A DNA stretch of 44,280 nucleotides, from positions 1-44,280 of the forward strand of contig NW_027191519.1 of the NCBI RefSeq assembly GCF_011745625.1. Direction: 5' to 3'. Shown here in pieces: positions 10,005-21,651 of the stretch (its first letter is position 1; each line of letters opens with the position of its first letter). The translations under genes and the position numbers were made by a program. Source of the stretch: Cladosporium halotolerans. Taxonomy: Eukaryota. A model generated the notes under the pieces. It searched no databases. It saw only the letters and a program-made list of their open reading frames with translations, and was not told the origin of the DNA.

Positions 10005-13000
10005 CTAATGCTCGTTGGGAATGACGAAATTCTTCTTCAGCAAAGTGGCAGCGGTCAAGATCACTGGAACAACACTCACAAGCTCCCCTAGCCCAGCGTA
10101 CGCCGGCGGGATGCGCACGCGAACAAAAGCTCCGCCGGCCAGGAGAATTGCGAAGATGTTATACAGCGCGGCCCAGAGGAAGTTGAACATAATGCGATGA
10201 AAGGCAGCCTTGGAAATATCGATAAGTTGCAGTACTCCATTGAGGTTGCCAAGGAGAACCACGTCGGCCGTGGCGCGTGTGACGTCGGAAGATGACTCGA
10301 TCTGGACGCCGACGGTGGCCTCGGTGACAGCGACAGCATCGTTCGTGCCATCGCCGCAAAAGAGGACGACTTTGCCAGCCTCTTTAAGACGTCGGATGTA
10401 GTTTTGCTTTCCTTCCGGAGATTGTTTACTGGCGTTTTGCGACGGGGGAATACCCAAGTCCGACGCGACCGCCTCGACTGCTTTCTTTCCATCACCACTC
10501 ACAATGTGGACGTGGATCTGACGCGCTTGCAGCTCCTGGATGACACTCCTGGCCTCCTTGCGCAATGTGGTTCGAAGGCCGAAGACTGCAAGTAGGCCGG
10601 CGTTATCCGCCACGCAGTATATGGTTAGTCCTTGGTCGCTTAGGGTGGAAACCTCGGCATGATCGATCTCAAGCCAATTGGGACTGCCACCCCGGATGAT
10701 AGTACCATTCCACTCGCATTGCACGCCAGCTCCAGGGATCGACTCGATCTTAGCCAGCTCGAGCGGACTCACCCCACGCTTCTCAAGAGCGAGTTCAATG
10801 GCTCTCGAGACAGGATGGCCATTGTCCTTCACCATTGCGCGGACGAGCGCATGAACTTCTGCGGGCGATATCGTAGGCTGTTCAAATACACGTTCCACAA
10901 CCAAGTCGAGATTGTTCTCCGTCAAAGTGCCCGTTTTGTCGAATATGACGTCAGTGCATTTGAAGCCTCGCTCGACAACATCTGCCGTTTTGATGATGAT
11001 TCCCAACCGCGCCGCAACTCCGCTAGCGATGACCAAGACCATTGGCACGGCTAGACCGAGCGCACATGGACAAGACACGGCAAGCACTGCGATACCGTAG
11101 GTTATAGCGTTGCCGACTGCAGGACCTGCCAACTGGTTGCGTACTTTGAGCTCAACCACGACCCAGATGATTGTAACGATGATTGAAATCGAAACCACCA
11201 CTGGGATAAAGTAACCGGCTACCTTGTCTGCCAAGTCTTGCACCCGGGGTTTCGTAGATTGAGCTTGCTCGACAAGATTAGCTATGTCGGTCACAGTATT
11301 TTTTCCAGGGAGACGCTTGATTGTCACGGTAAGTGTACCACCCTTGTTCAAGGTCCCAGCAATAACGGTGTCACCAGGGAATTTCGAAATTGGAATAGCC
11401 TCTCCAGTTATCATGGACTCGTCCACGTCGCTGTTCCCAGCGGAAACAATTCCGTCGGTGACAATCTGAGTGTGCGGCCCGATGACTATGATGTCGCCAA
11501 GCTGTAGCAGACGAGCGTCCAGTTCAAAAGAGTTGCCGGACTCGCCGACCAATGTTGCCGTAGCTGATTGAAGTGATCGCAAAGAAACGGCAGCGACTGC
11601 GCGTTTGCGAGCGTATGCGGCCACTAAGCGACCAAGCAAGATCAAACTGATGAGAAGCGTGCTTGTTTCGAATAGGGGCTCGGTACTTTCAGCGCCTTTC
11701 CCAGCTAGAATGAGTCCGAAGGCCACGATTGAGTATCCATATGCCGCCGAGATGCTAATGACAACGAGCATATCCATCTCGACTACTCGATTGTACAAGA
11801 GCGCCGATAGTGCAGGTCGATAGAACTCCGGTACCGCAATTATCTGGACCAAGGTGGCGAGAACGATTGATACGTACAGGATCGTGTGCTCCGACACCGG
11901 AGGGTTGGCCCATGAAAGTACCACCACAGGAATTGTGAGACAGAAGGCAGCGACTGTCGTCCAGAAGACGTTCCGCAGGCGGGTCTGCCCGGCGGTCAAG
12001 CTTTCGTCTTGGGATGGCGGCGCGAGAGAAGCGCCGGGAATCATTTCCAATACCTTTCTCGCGCCAATAATAGACGAGTCATACGTGATTCGATGTTCTC
12101 GTTTCGAGAGGGCATCGTAACCTACTACACCCTTGGGCATATCGCGAGAAAGGTGCTGTGCCGTCTGCGCGTCCATAATGAGATCCAGTGAAGGATGGGT
12201 CAAGGCGGAGCGAGCGAGTTTGTATTTGGTGGCCCTTTCGACAAGCCGAGCAACCTCACTGATACTTGTGACATTGAGATCGATGTCGCAGCTCGCAGTG
12301 CCAGCGATGAATGTTACGCAAGTGTTTCGAACACCTGGAACATTATCAAAAGCTTTTGCGACTATGTTGCCACAGCCGGAACAATCCATTCCGGTGATAG
12401 TGAATGTGACCGGCTCGAAATTGCTTTGCTGTTTCTCGATGTCCGCTTCCAAGATGTTGCCGGAAATGAAGCCCTGACGCGGGGGCCTTGAGTGATCGTG
12501 ACCACTACAGCCGGAACACGCAGGCTGTTTTTGGTCCGAGCAGTCCTTCACGCCCGCAACATGTGTGTCTGCAGTGATTGAGGCGGCAGGATCCGTTGTT
12601 GACTTTCCACAACATTCAGGCTTCTTCATAGTTGCGTAGCGGTATACGACTTGCCCGTGAGGCATGCGCTCGATTGCGGAGCTTGATGAGGTATTACGCG
12701 ATGGGCTATCCAAGTGGCGGTGTGGCTGCTCGACTGGCTTCGCATCACAGCCGCCAGAAAAAAAATGCTCGGCCTGGACCTTCTTGCAGATGCAAAGTGT
12801 CTGCTCCAAGAAGCGCGTGTATCTTTCGAAGGCGTCGCGGAGATGAGTGGAGCAAGCGTCCCACTGGTGATTGTTATCCTTGTCATGGCTGTGCTGGTGA
12901 GTGGAGTCTTCGGATCGAGCGTGCTTGTCGGAGACATCATTTGGCTCTGCTTCGTGATAGCGAGTGTGGTCCACATCACGGCAATTAAAGGCTGGCAGTG

Positions 13001-13324
13001 CGTCAGTTGAACGATGCTTGCGCGCGCCGACGAGGGCGAATGTGGACTCACTCTGCTTCAGTTCCTGGTCACAAGCAGCTCGACACTCGACGGCGGCGGC
13101 AGCCTGTATGCATTTTTCTTGACAAGCACATCAGTAGCTGTTGGTACCTGCAGAAGACACTCAAATACCATACCATCACAAATATCGCCCGAGCAGCGCT
13201 CCTCCAAGTCAGTGTCGAAGGGTACACATTCCACGTCGTGCTCTGCGCCATCCCTTGCGCCGCTCTCATTCGAGCGGCAGGTCGGGATGGTCTCGTTGTC
13301 TTCGCGCTTACAGCACGCCGTCAT
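10005..13324 (-). CDS. PCA1: Heavy-metal P1B-type ATPase, Pca1/PcaA-like (probable Cd exporter); exons 13324-13174 and 13117-10005, ~1087 aa
   Basis: HMA GMDCSGC, ITGE, SCPCALGLAVP, DKTGT, HP and GDGTND motifs, TM YN, and the Pca1-type AGLGELVSV C-terminal helix. Cys/His-rich N-terminus. A 56-nt intron (GTATGG...CTGAT...AAG) links an upstream MTACCK exon in frame to the 989-aa ORF. Confidence 0.9.
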
Positions 13325-13495
13325 TGTATTCGAGTGACCGCGTAGCAATCGCTGCTATCAGTATCAGAGACCGCAAAACAGGCGACCTGTTAGGGGAGAC
13401 AGGCCCAATTTATGCTGTAGCATCTTGGTGCACATGCGTGGCGTTCCTCGCATAGTCCCCTTAAGGACTTGCGCGGCCCTTGTCTTGAGCTGCTC

Positions 13496-13686
13496 GCCAA
13501 GGCGCGAGCGCGGAAATTGGGGGGATCCAGGCTTGGCAAGGTTTATCGAGCGCGCCGCTTCACTCACACTTAGCAAGCACGCAGGTCTGGTGTATGGCTA
13601 AAAGTCTTGGTAGCGAATAATGTGCGGCTATCCGGCCCGGGAGCAAGACACGGCCAAGTAAACTCTGCAGGACAGGCGGTCTTGGC
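13496..13686. promoter_or_regulatory. Four GCCAAG (PacC-type) sites and one CAAGGT core in the divergent ATPase/CDF promoter
   Basis: GCCAAG at 13496 and 13653, CTTGGC at 13532 and 13681, CAAGGT at 13537, all within a ~620-bp head-to-head intergenic region. Function inferred. Confidence 0.3.
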
Positions 13687-13945
13687 AAAGAAGCGTGCAG
13701 GGACAGACGAGTGTGTCGCGATCCCCCTCGTCACCTGCCCGGCCGCAGCGAATAAGCGTGCGGCTACCGCGCATGGTCAGCTGGCGCCACCGAGCGTACT
13801 CTTTGCCTTGCTTGAACATCTTCCTGGGATCCCGGAACTTCTTTTCTCCTCATTCTGGCCGAACTCTCTCCTCCCAGCGCCAGCCCCTGACACGCCCTAC
13901 CATTGACACGACACTATAGCTGTTAACGTGCATCCTCAACCCAAT

Positions 13946-15504
13946 ATGGTTGATCTCACCAAAGCGCGCAAGTTGATGCTCATTGTGGTCATCTCCTCCA
14001 CCTTCATCCTCGCCGAGATCGCTGATGCGCGTTTTGCAGCAGAACGTAGAGTTGACCGATCATGCTGATGCTTCTCGCAATCGGCTTCTTAAACGCTCGC
14101 TTGCTCTTGTCGCCGACGCCGTTCATCAGGTACACTATTCCTGCGCTTCCACTGGGTGCCCGGCGGTGACTGATTTGCGCAGCTCAACGACCTCGTTGGC
14201 TTTACCGAGGTGTTTGTCGCTCTCAAGGTAAGCTCCATTGGCAATGCGACTGAAGCTGCCGATTGACGACCTGGAATGCCGCCAAGCGCAATGATGCACC
14301 GCCAAGCCGATCTTTCGGCCGGCAGCTTGCCACATTCCTGGACGCATTTTTTACGGCGTCTTCCTGTTGGCGCTCGGGATCAGGACCTTCCTGCAAGCTA
14401 TCGAGCGATTTGTGAGCTTCCAGCGTAGGAACGCGCGTCGTCTGTTAGTGTCGCCCCCTGACATGCTCGCTAGCTGTGGAAAATCCACTTTTCGCCATGA
14501 TCATTGGATCCGTCTGTCTCGTCTTGAACGCCATTAGCGCAGCCATTCTCCACGGAATGCCTCGGAAAGCCCATCTCAACTGTGGGACTCCTGCTGAACT
14601 CTCCCAGAGCACGATGATGAGGCGCAAGAAGCTTCCGGCGTCCCATCAAGCACGCGTCTAGAGCTTCCTGTATCGTATGGAACAGCTGCAAGTTGCACTT
14701 TGCACATGCTGGAACGCAAAAGAAGTTGGTCCATACGGTAGGGAGAACAACGTGCAACCGTGCACGGCGACCCCGTCATAGAACAACGGATCAGTCCGGA
14801 AGAAGCAAAGATGGAGACCTTGGAATCATGGGCGTCTTGATCCACGTTACGAGCGAAAGCCGCAAAGAACGTCGACGTCATTATCGCCGGAGCTTTCATC
14901 TAGAAAGCCAAGTGCCATTGTCGCCATACTCTCGATCTTGCAGTCAGCGTGGCCATTGCATTGATGATATCCTTCTCGTCCATTCCTTCAATACCTTTAA
15001 TTGTCGGGTGACGACAAGATACGCAGCTGACCCGGTCTGGAGGTCAAGAAGAGCGGATTCTTTCTCCTGAAAAGCGTCCCGTGTGCTGCAAACCCTCAAG
15101 ACATCCAGCACGATATTGTGAAGGTGCGTGGCTTTTCGAGTGCTTTGCCAGACTGCTTGTTCGGGCTGATCACAAAATAGCTCGATGGAGTCCTCAGCCT
15201 TCACGAGCTGCACGTCTGGCGCTTGAACTAGCAAAAAGCTCTTGCGTCGGCGGACATCATGGTCTCCGAGACCCAGCTCACGGGTTTCCAGGCGTTCGCC
15301 CGATCAACAACGGAGTTTTTCCACGCGTACGGAACCCACGGCACGACGTCGCAGCCTGATCTTGCTCCACTCATGATCGCAATTCTGGATGAAGAACCAG
15401 ACCCATGCGGCAGTCGCGCGGACCTCCGCGAGAGAAGATCCGCAGTACCTGCGTCTTGCGCCGTGAACGCCGAGGGATGCGTCAACCCGAGCTGTTGCGA
15501 CTGA
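13946..15504 (+). pseudogene. CDF zinc/cobalt transporter (Zrc1/Cot1-like) pseudogene, copy A
   Basis: Exon remnants MVDLTKARKLMLIVVISSTFILAEIA, RSLALVADAVH, LNDLVGF, AFFYGVFLLALG...QAIERF, VENP, DLGIMGVLIHV, LHELHVWRLN, FHAYGTHGTTSQPD and a terminal CCD*. Intron 1 donor and acceptor are mutated (ATGCGC, CAA), and there are several frameshifts. Confidence 0.85.
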
Positions 15505-16089
15505 GCAAGATTTCCATGGCGGTTGGTGAGGTGACAGGCAGCAAGCCGGTAAGCGGATACTAGGGGGACTTCGGCGAGGAGTTGTAAGGTCTGATGGCTC
15601 CGAGACAGACGAGTGCCGTACTGCCTCGTTATAGTACGAACAGTTTTCGTATCAGAATCCGCAACTTCGTAGTTCCAGCGTCTAGGGTGATCTGATACTC
15701 ATGATAGCGTACGCACTATGTTGTTGTAACAGCGCTCTGGCGGGTGGAGATGGGCCATGGCGCTATGGCAATCCAAGAAGTGCAGAGTTCACCCACCTGC
15801 TGTGAACATGTGATTCAGCCAAGTCGATCCACGGACTCGTCCACAGCAGTAGAGTGGGCTGCAGGACTCATAACACCCGTGGCATATCTGTTCGCACCCC
15901 GTGAGAAGTTCACGAGTATCGATCTCCGTACAAGAAGTGGTAACCACCAGGAAACTGCAGACGCGCGACTTTTGCGCCCAAAAAACGAGAATTCAAAGAG
16001 TATATGGTAATGCATGCGTAGATTAGGAGACGGCAGTGGTGTGAGGAAGAAGCGTGAAGTCGAGTTAAGGTCGAGTCGCGGGCCGGCTT

Positions 16090-16132
16090 ATCATCAAAGT
16101 GCTGCCATCAAGGTGCTGCCATCAAGGTGCTC
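16090..16132 (+). promoter_or_regulatory. Triple 14-bp tandem repeat (GCCATCAAGGTGCT) matching the ZafA/Zap1-type zinc-response motif
   Basis: ATCATCAAAGTGCT, GCCATCAAGGTGCT, GCCATCAAGGTGCTC. The last copy fits the recalled Aspergillus ZafA consensus DYYVYCARGGTVYYY at all positions. Confidence 0.5.
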
Positions 16133-16868
16133 GTTCCTGGCACTCTGCTGATTGGCCGCTGCGATTCACAAGACAGGGACGCAAGATCGTGACGAACATA
16201 AAGAATGTGCGATCAACTCGGACATTTTCTAGGGCATGTACCGGTGGATGATCTTGACGTCGCCACTCAATAAGTATCCCTTATCCATTTTTGACGAACG
16301 GATTCCGTAAAAATTACTTAGCCTACAGTACTTCTTCTGGCCTAGGCAACAGGTCGACGAACAACTTCAGAAGATGGCTGTAGGTAAGCGAGTATCTTGA
16401 GAAGCGTGCTACTGCCAGGTTCTGAGAATGGCCATGATGTTTTTTTCTCTAGAAGACTTACACCTGCCAAGTTTTCTCAAGTGCGCCATGGAATATCACT
16501 ATGATTTGCAAGCAGCTTTCTGCTGTCGTAGAGGACTGACGCCGTTGATTTCCCATCCCTGATCGCTCATATCTGAGTGCTGCCCGGAACCTTGTCGGGC
16601 TTGTAATAATGCCGCTTGGTTTTTCCACTAAATCTAACTGCAGCTACCTTCTTCACCTATGGCACCAAAGATGCGAAGAGATAGCCCGATCCGATTACAA
16701 ATTTGTTTACCTGCTCATAGTGATCAAGCTGCCGCTTCCAGCCTCCTCGGGCTTGCTGTAGGCGAAAATCATGCCCTCTTCGTCTTTCTGCAGATTGGCT
16801 GGGTCGTCTTACTCTGCTGATATGGTGTTTGGTCAAGTCCGGCTTGCACTGCATCCAACTATTGCCCA

Positions 16869-18442
16869 CTAAGCCGCCCGGCTGAGCTCCTCGCAGTTAT
16901 TAGCCATGCAACCAACCTCGCAGTTGTCAACAATTCTCTTCCTCTCTCGGAGACTAGCGAGACTTTCGACGGGCCCAGCATGGCCTTCTGGGACAGACAT
17001 TATGTGGGGAGCCACCTCAGGCTGGAGGGTGACAGAGTGAACGCCGAATGCATGAAAACATTCGTTGATTGTTTCCGCGAGCGACATGAAATTCGAGAGC
17101 TCTTTTGGTGTTACGCTGATGTGCGCCGATGCGAGGGCTTTACCCTGATTAAGGCGCCAAATTCGTAACTCGTGGACAGCGAGAACACCATCGACCTAGC
17201 AACTTGTCGGTCACGATCCTGTTGACCGTCGAATAGAATAACATTCTGGAGGGACTGACCTGCATGATATCGTGTTCAACATCCTTCGCGTCGACGCCCG
17301 GGGGAGCGCTCTTGAGAAGAAGCCACTCTTCTTCACTAACACACCATGTCAGTATTGTTTTGCATAATATATTTTCCGTAAGATTGTCGGCGGACAAACC
17401 TATGGGAATCGACGAAAAGAATATCACAGACGCAATTGCCATGCTCACGGCGGGATCGGCGTAGTAGCGACCAAAGGAAGATGTTTTCCAAATGATGGCG
17501 CCAGCAATGACAACCCCAAAGTTGTTCGCAGCGTCGCCTGCTACATGAAGTAGAACACCCATGATGCCGAGGTCATGTTCTGCTTTACGCTTCTTTGAGT
17601 TTTCTGCAGTCGAATGGCGATGGTCTTGGTGCGGCAGTTGAGTCTTTGCTCAAGAAAGTTAGCGATATTCGAGGTAACTCTTGTCGTCTAGTGCTATAAT
17701 ACCGGGTCCGACGTATGCGGATGATCGACATCAGCTGGGTCGGAGTTGTCTTGGCCTTGGCCGTCACCATGGTCTGCGTCACAGTCAGTCTATCCTGGGG
17801 TCCACGCATCTGTGCTACAGACCCACCATGTCCAAGGATAACAGCGCTGACGACATTGAGGGCAAATCCGACGCAGCCAATGATAATGATTAGAAGAGGA
17901 TTTTCCACGGCTGCAGTCATCATGTCAGACGGTCCAATTCTTGCACAGCGATTATGATACGAACGTTGCACTGAGATGAATCGCTCGATAGATTGCAAGA
18001 AAATGCTGACGCCGAGAGCCAGGAGGAAAACGCCGTTGAAGAAAGCACCTAGCAAGGTGGCTCGTTGCCAGCCAAATGTCATTTCCAGAGGCGCGTCTCC
18101 GCGTTCGGCCGCCTGCCTGTATCAGTGACGCAAGCCAATCGGGATTCTTGTCTAAAAAATCCCCAAGAAAGCGACAAGTGCGACAACGAATCCGACAAGA
18201 TCGTTGAGCTGCGCATATCATCGATGGAGCCGAGTGTAAAGTCTTTCGCTGGTGACTTACATAATGAAAGGCATCCGCTACGAGCGCGAGCGAGCCTGTG
18301 TAAAAGCCGACTGCTGCAGGTGTCAGCGGGGTCGACGAACGCGCCTATTCTGCTGGTACCGACCTCCGATTTCGGCAAGGAAGAAGGAGAGAGAGATGGC
18401 AATTATTGCCATCAGCTTTTTTGATTTCGAGAGGCCCGTCAT
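16869..18442 (-). pseudogene. CDF zinc/cobalt transporter (Zrc1/Cot1-like), copy B, multi-exon, lightly damaged
   Basis: MTGLSKSKKLMAIIAISLSFFLAEIG / VGFYTGSLALVADAFHY / LNDLVGF / MTFGWQRATLLGAFFNGVFLLALG / HDLGIMGVLLHVAGDAANN...YADP / HELRIWRL...FHAFGVHSVTLQPE. The intron 3 donor reads GG (~18164) and there is a frameshift at ~17320 (KKSG..LLKS). Confidence 0.85.
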
Positions 18443-18648
18443 TGCTGAGAGAGCGAAATTTCTAAACCATCATGCTATCGTCAGATCACAGGGCCAGCTT
18501 CCCAGAAGCATGGCATGAGGCCGTACCTGCGATATTTATGTCCAGCAAGTACAGAATGATGGAGTCTGGAGGAAAGTCAACGAACGGACTACGTTTTTGC
18601 GCTTAACTAGCCAAAGATAAGTTGTTTCCCGCATCAGCTGATCCGGTA

Positions 18649-20789
18649 GAGGGGTTCCCTGGTCAGTGCACATCCCCACTAGATGCACGCTTCTCAAATG
18701 CTGTCAATTTGATCTTCTCAGCCATACATCACAATCCACATGCAATTTTGCGCTACGAAACCAGAGTATAGTATTATGAAGCTCTCCTAGCAATCGACTG
18801 TGTAATTAGACATCATCGAGGTATGCGCGTTTCTTGATAATTCGACCTGATCTCGACATAAGATGTTTTGGGGCATCCTGAGGTTCTGGCTCTATTGTAG
18901 CCACAATATGCTTCCCAGGCTCTTTCTGAATCTTTCGCCTCTTCCTAGGTCTACTGTTTGACGCCTTAGACTCTGTTTCAAGCCGCTTCTGGGCCGCCTT
19001 GGCCTCTCTTTGTTGCCGCCTTTTAGCCTTCTGAAGCGCCTCTTCAACCTTCTTTGCTGCAGCCCTTGCCGCTCTGTCCTCGCGCCTCTGCCGAACCTCC
19101 GCTTCTTTCTGAGCCTTCCGAGTGGCTCTATCTCGAGCTCTAAGCAGTTTGTTTTGAGCCTCCAGCTCCTTCGCCTCATCCTTAACCGCTTGAAGTGCTT
19201 TGGCTCTGTTGATCTTAGAAGGGCTGAAGAACAAGGCGCCGAGGTCTTCCTCGGCTCTGAGATCTTCAGTAAAGGGTCTACCACGCTTCCTCTTCTTCTG
19301 TTGGCTGTCGATAGTCTCAACAGAGCCCTGTTCGCGCTCCCTCGCGAGTATGAGCTCTGTGGCAAAGGTCAAACAAGCATTCCCAAGCTTATCAACCAGT
19401 CTCTGGGACTGTGCGTTACCAAGAGCCACTCCTTCACTCACAACCCTTCTGATAGTTCTCATGGCTGATGGTGAGTCTAAACAGCAACTTGAGTGACTGT
19501 CAGACAGTGCTTGATCGGTGATGACATCCTTGTCGCCCGCTTCTCCTTTCTGGAAGATCTTGAGCACCTGCTCTGGATCAAAAGGCTCCAAGCCAGTTTT
19601 CTGCCATCCAGACTTGATGTTGTCCTCCGTAAAGGCACTGTCATAGGCCGAGTAGAAATTTTTGAAGAAGTCTCGCTTAGTAAGTGCTGTGAGACCTTGC
19701 GACAGTCTGGTGTGGTGATCGAGTTGCTGACTGTAGTAGGTCGCCAGAGGTCCGAATACGCTCACATCCAGTGGCTGCAACCTATGCGTAGAGTGAGGAG
19801 GGAATATGGCTACTAGTATCTTGTTGCTCCGACACCAATCCAGGAATCTGAGAGTGCAGTGGGAACCATGTCCGTCAAGTATGAGCAGCCTCCAGTCCCT
19901 CTTCGCCTTGTCAACGGTCTGAGTGTCGAACAAGCTCTGTAGCCAGCTCAGACCAAGCTCATCGCTGGTCCAGCCATTGGGTGAGCTTGCAAACCAGCAA
20001 GGATGCTCGTTGGCGTCATAGTCCTGGAGCCAGGTGTCCTGCAGGTCACCGCTGACGGCCTTGTAGATCAGAGCTGGTGGCAGTGAGGTACCATCTGCAC
20101 AAACGGTGGCTATAAGGGTTATCCACTCCCTAGATCCATCTTGGCCAACGCCTAGGAGCTTCTGTTGCTTCATCAAGGCTTTAGGGAATATCCTCTGGAC
20201 CTTTTGCAGGTGGCCTATGAGGAAACCTTTCTCATCCATATTATAGCAGTTCCGAGGCTGTATGCCGTATTGATCTATCTTCCGCTTCAGAATATTGAAA
20301 TAGCGCCTGAAAGAATCCTCAGACTCAGCCTTGTGTCTCTCGAGATCGAGGGTGTTGAGGTATCTGCAGTCAAGGACGGACTGATGTCTACGCCTAAAGC
20401 CTGCAGACCAGTTCTTGCCGGGCTCTGAACCACATATCAGGGAGGCCCATGTGCGCACCATTGCTGGTGTAGGAGGCAAACACCACTCGCAAAGCCTCCG
20501 TATTTGCTTAACAAGCTCTTGCTCTTGCTTGTTCGTGAGTAACCTCTGCCCTTCGATGCGCCTGGCCACAGAGCCGGTCTTACCGCGGAACCGCTTGCTG
20601 AGGGTTGACCGGTTGACATTGAACCTCTCAGCTACTGCTGCTATGTTACGATCATCAGATGAACGTAAGAACGCGATCGCATCCTCGATTGACCCCATGG
20701 TTGTTGAGTTATCGCGCGAGGAAGTGGTTTTGTCGACGCGCGTGAAAGCGTGCATCTAGCGGGGATGTGCACTGACCAGGGAAGCCCTC
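18649..20789 (-). mobile_element. Fot1/pogo DNA transposon, copy 2, intact
   Basis: 44-bp TIRs (GAGGG(G/C)TTCCCTGGTCAGTGCACATCCCC(A/G)CTAGATGCACGCTT, 2 mismatches). TA duplication at 18647-18648 and 20790-20791. Length 2141 bp. Confidence 0.96.
18806..20698 (-). CDS. pogo/Fot1 DD35D transposase, uninterrupted (630 aa)
   Basis: MGSIEDAIAFL start homologous to the other copies. HTH-psq/CENP-B region, YNMDEKGF, and LILDGHGSH to LQPLD with 35-residue spacing. No stops. Confidence 0.95.
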   Translation of the reverse strand: MGSIEDAIAFLRSSDDRNIAAVAERFNVNRSTLSKRFRGKTGSVARRIEGQRLLTNKQEQELVKQIRRLCEWCLPPTPAMVRTWASLICGSEPGKNWSAGFRRRHQSVLDCRYLNTLDLERHKAESEDSFRRYFNILKRKIDQYGIQPRNCYNMDEKGFLIGHLQKVQRIFPKALMKQQKLLGVGQDGSREWITLIATVCADGTSLPPALIYKAVSGDLQDTWLQDYDANEHPCWFASSPNGWTSDELGLSWLQSLFDTQTVDKAKRDWRLLILDGHGSHCTLRFLDWCRSNKILVAIFPPHSTHRLQPLDVSVFGPLATYYSQQLDHHTRLSQGLTALTKRDFFKNFYSAYDSAFTEDNIKSGWQKTGLEPFDPEQVLKIFQKGEAGDKDVITDQALSDSHSSCCLDSPSAMRTIRRVVSEGVALGNAQSQRLVDKLGNACLTFATELILAREREQGSVETIDSQQKKRKRGRPFTEDLRAEEDLGALFFSPSKINRAKALQAVKDEAKELEAQNKLLRARDRATRKAQKEAEVRQRREDRAARAAAKKVEEALQKAKRRQQREAKAAQKRLETESKASNSRPRKRRKIQKEPGKHIVATIEPEPQDAPKHLMSRSGRIIKKRAYLDDV

Positions 20790-21651
20790 TAGCCACCACC
20801 TCGTCATCGCATCTCTTGGCACGGTTGCCTGCGTGCACTGCACTAGAAATAGGCGCCCACTTTTCTGCAAGCTTCTCTTGAGCTTCTCTAGGCGTTGCAT
20901 ATGTCACCACGAGGCGGTCCGGTACTCCATAGATAAAGGCAAACTCTGCAACAAAGGCGGCAGGCAGCAACGACATGTCAAGGTGTTCAGCAAACTTCGC
21001 TTTATACCGTTAGCTGTCCTCCAAGGCTTCCGATGCAAAATAAAAGTACTCTTTTCATGCAGCCACGTCAGCGCCAAGGCTTTCAATTTGCCGGACGAAA
21101 CTTATCGAATGTCTAAGCTGAGGACGGTTAAGCTGGACACGGCAGTCTCATACTAGACAGCCTCTTTTTCCGCTCAAGAGGACAGATGGACACAGCGACC
21201 ACGGACCAGCGTATTTGTCTGTTGGTTGTTCTATGCGTGACCGATGATATTACTTGCACACGTGTGTTCCGACAGTCTTGTTGATATGGTCTGGTTTATG
21301 AGTTCTTGTGAAGCGTACCTGCACACATCACCAGGCAAGAGGTCTCCCTGTACGCCCCGGAAGAACACATGGTACCCGTTTGCTGGGCAAACCTTAGAAG
21401 CCCTGGTTATTGTCATATCTTTTGCCTTGCAAACTGTTCGGGTGCGAAGTCTCCGTCTCGCGATGAGAGAAAAAGAGTGACTCACTACAAGGAATACCAC
21501 ACAATCAACGACCCGGAGTCGCCGTGCTTCGCGCGGTCAGCTTTGAATGGCGACGCAGCGATTTCTCCAAGACATCCCTCGCCGCCCTGCTGGTGCTGGA
21601 TGCAGCTTCGTACGAATACATACATTGAGTTAGTCTGTTCCGAGTCTTACG

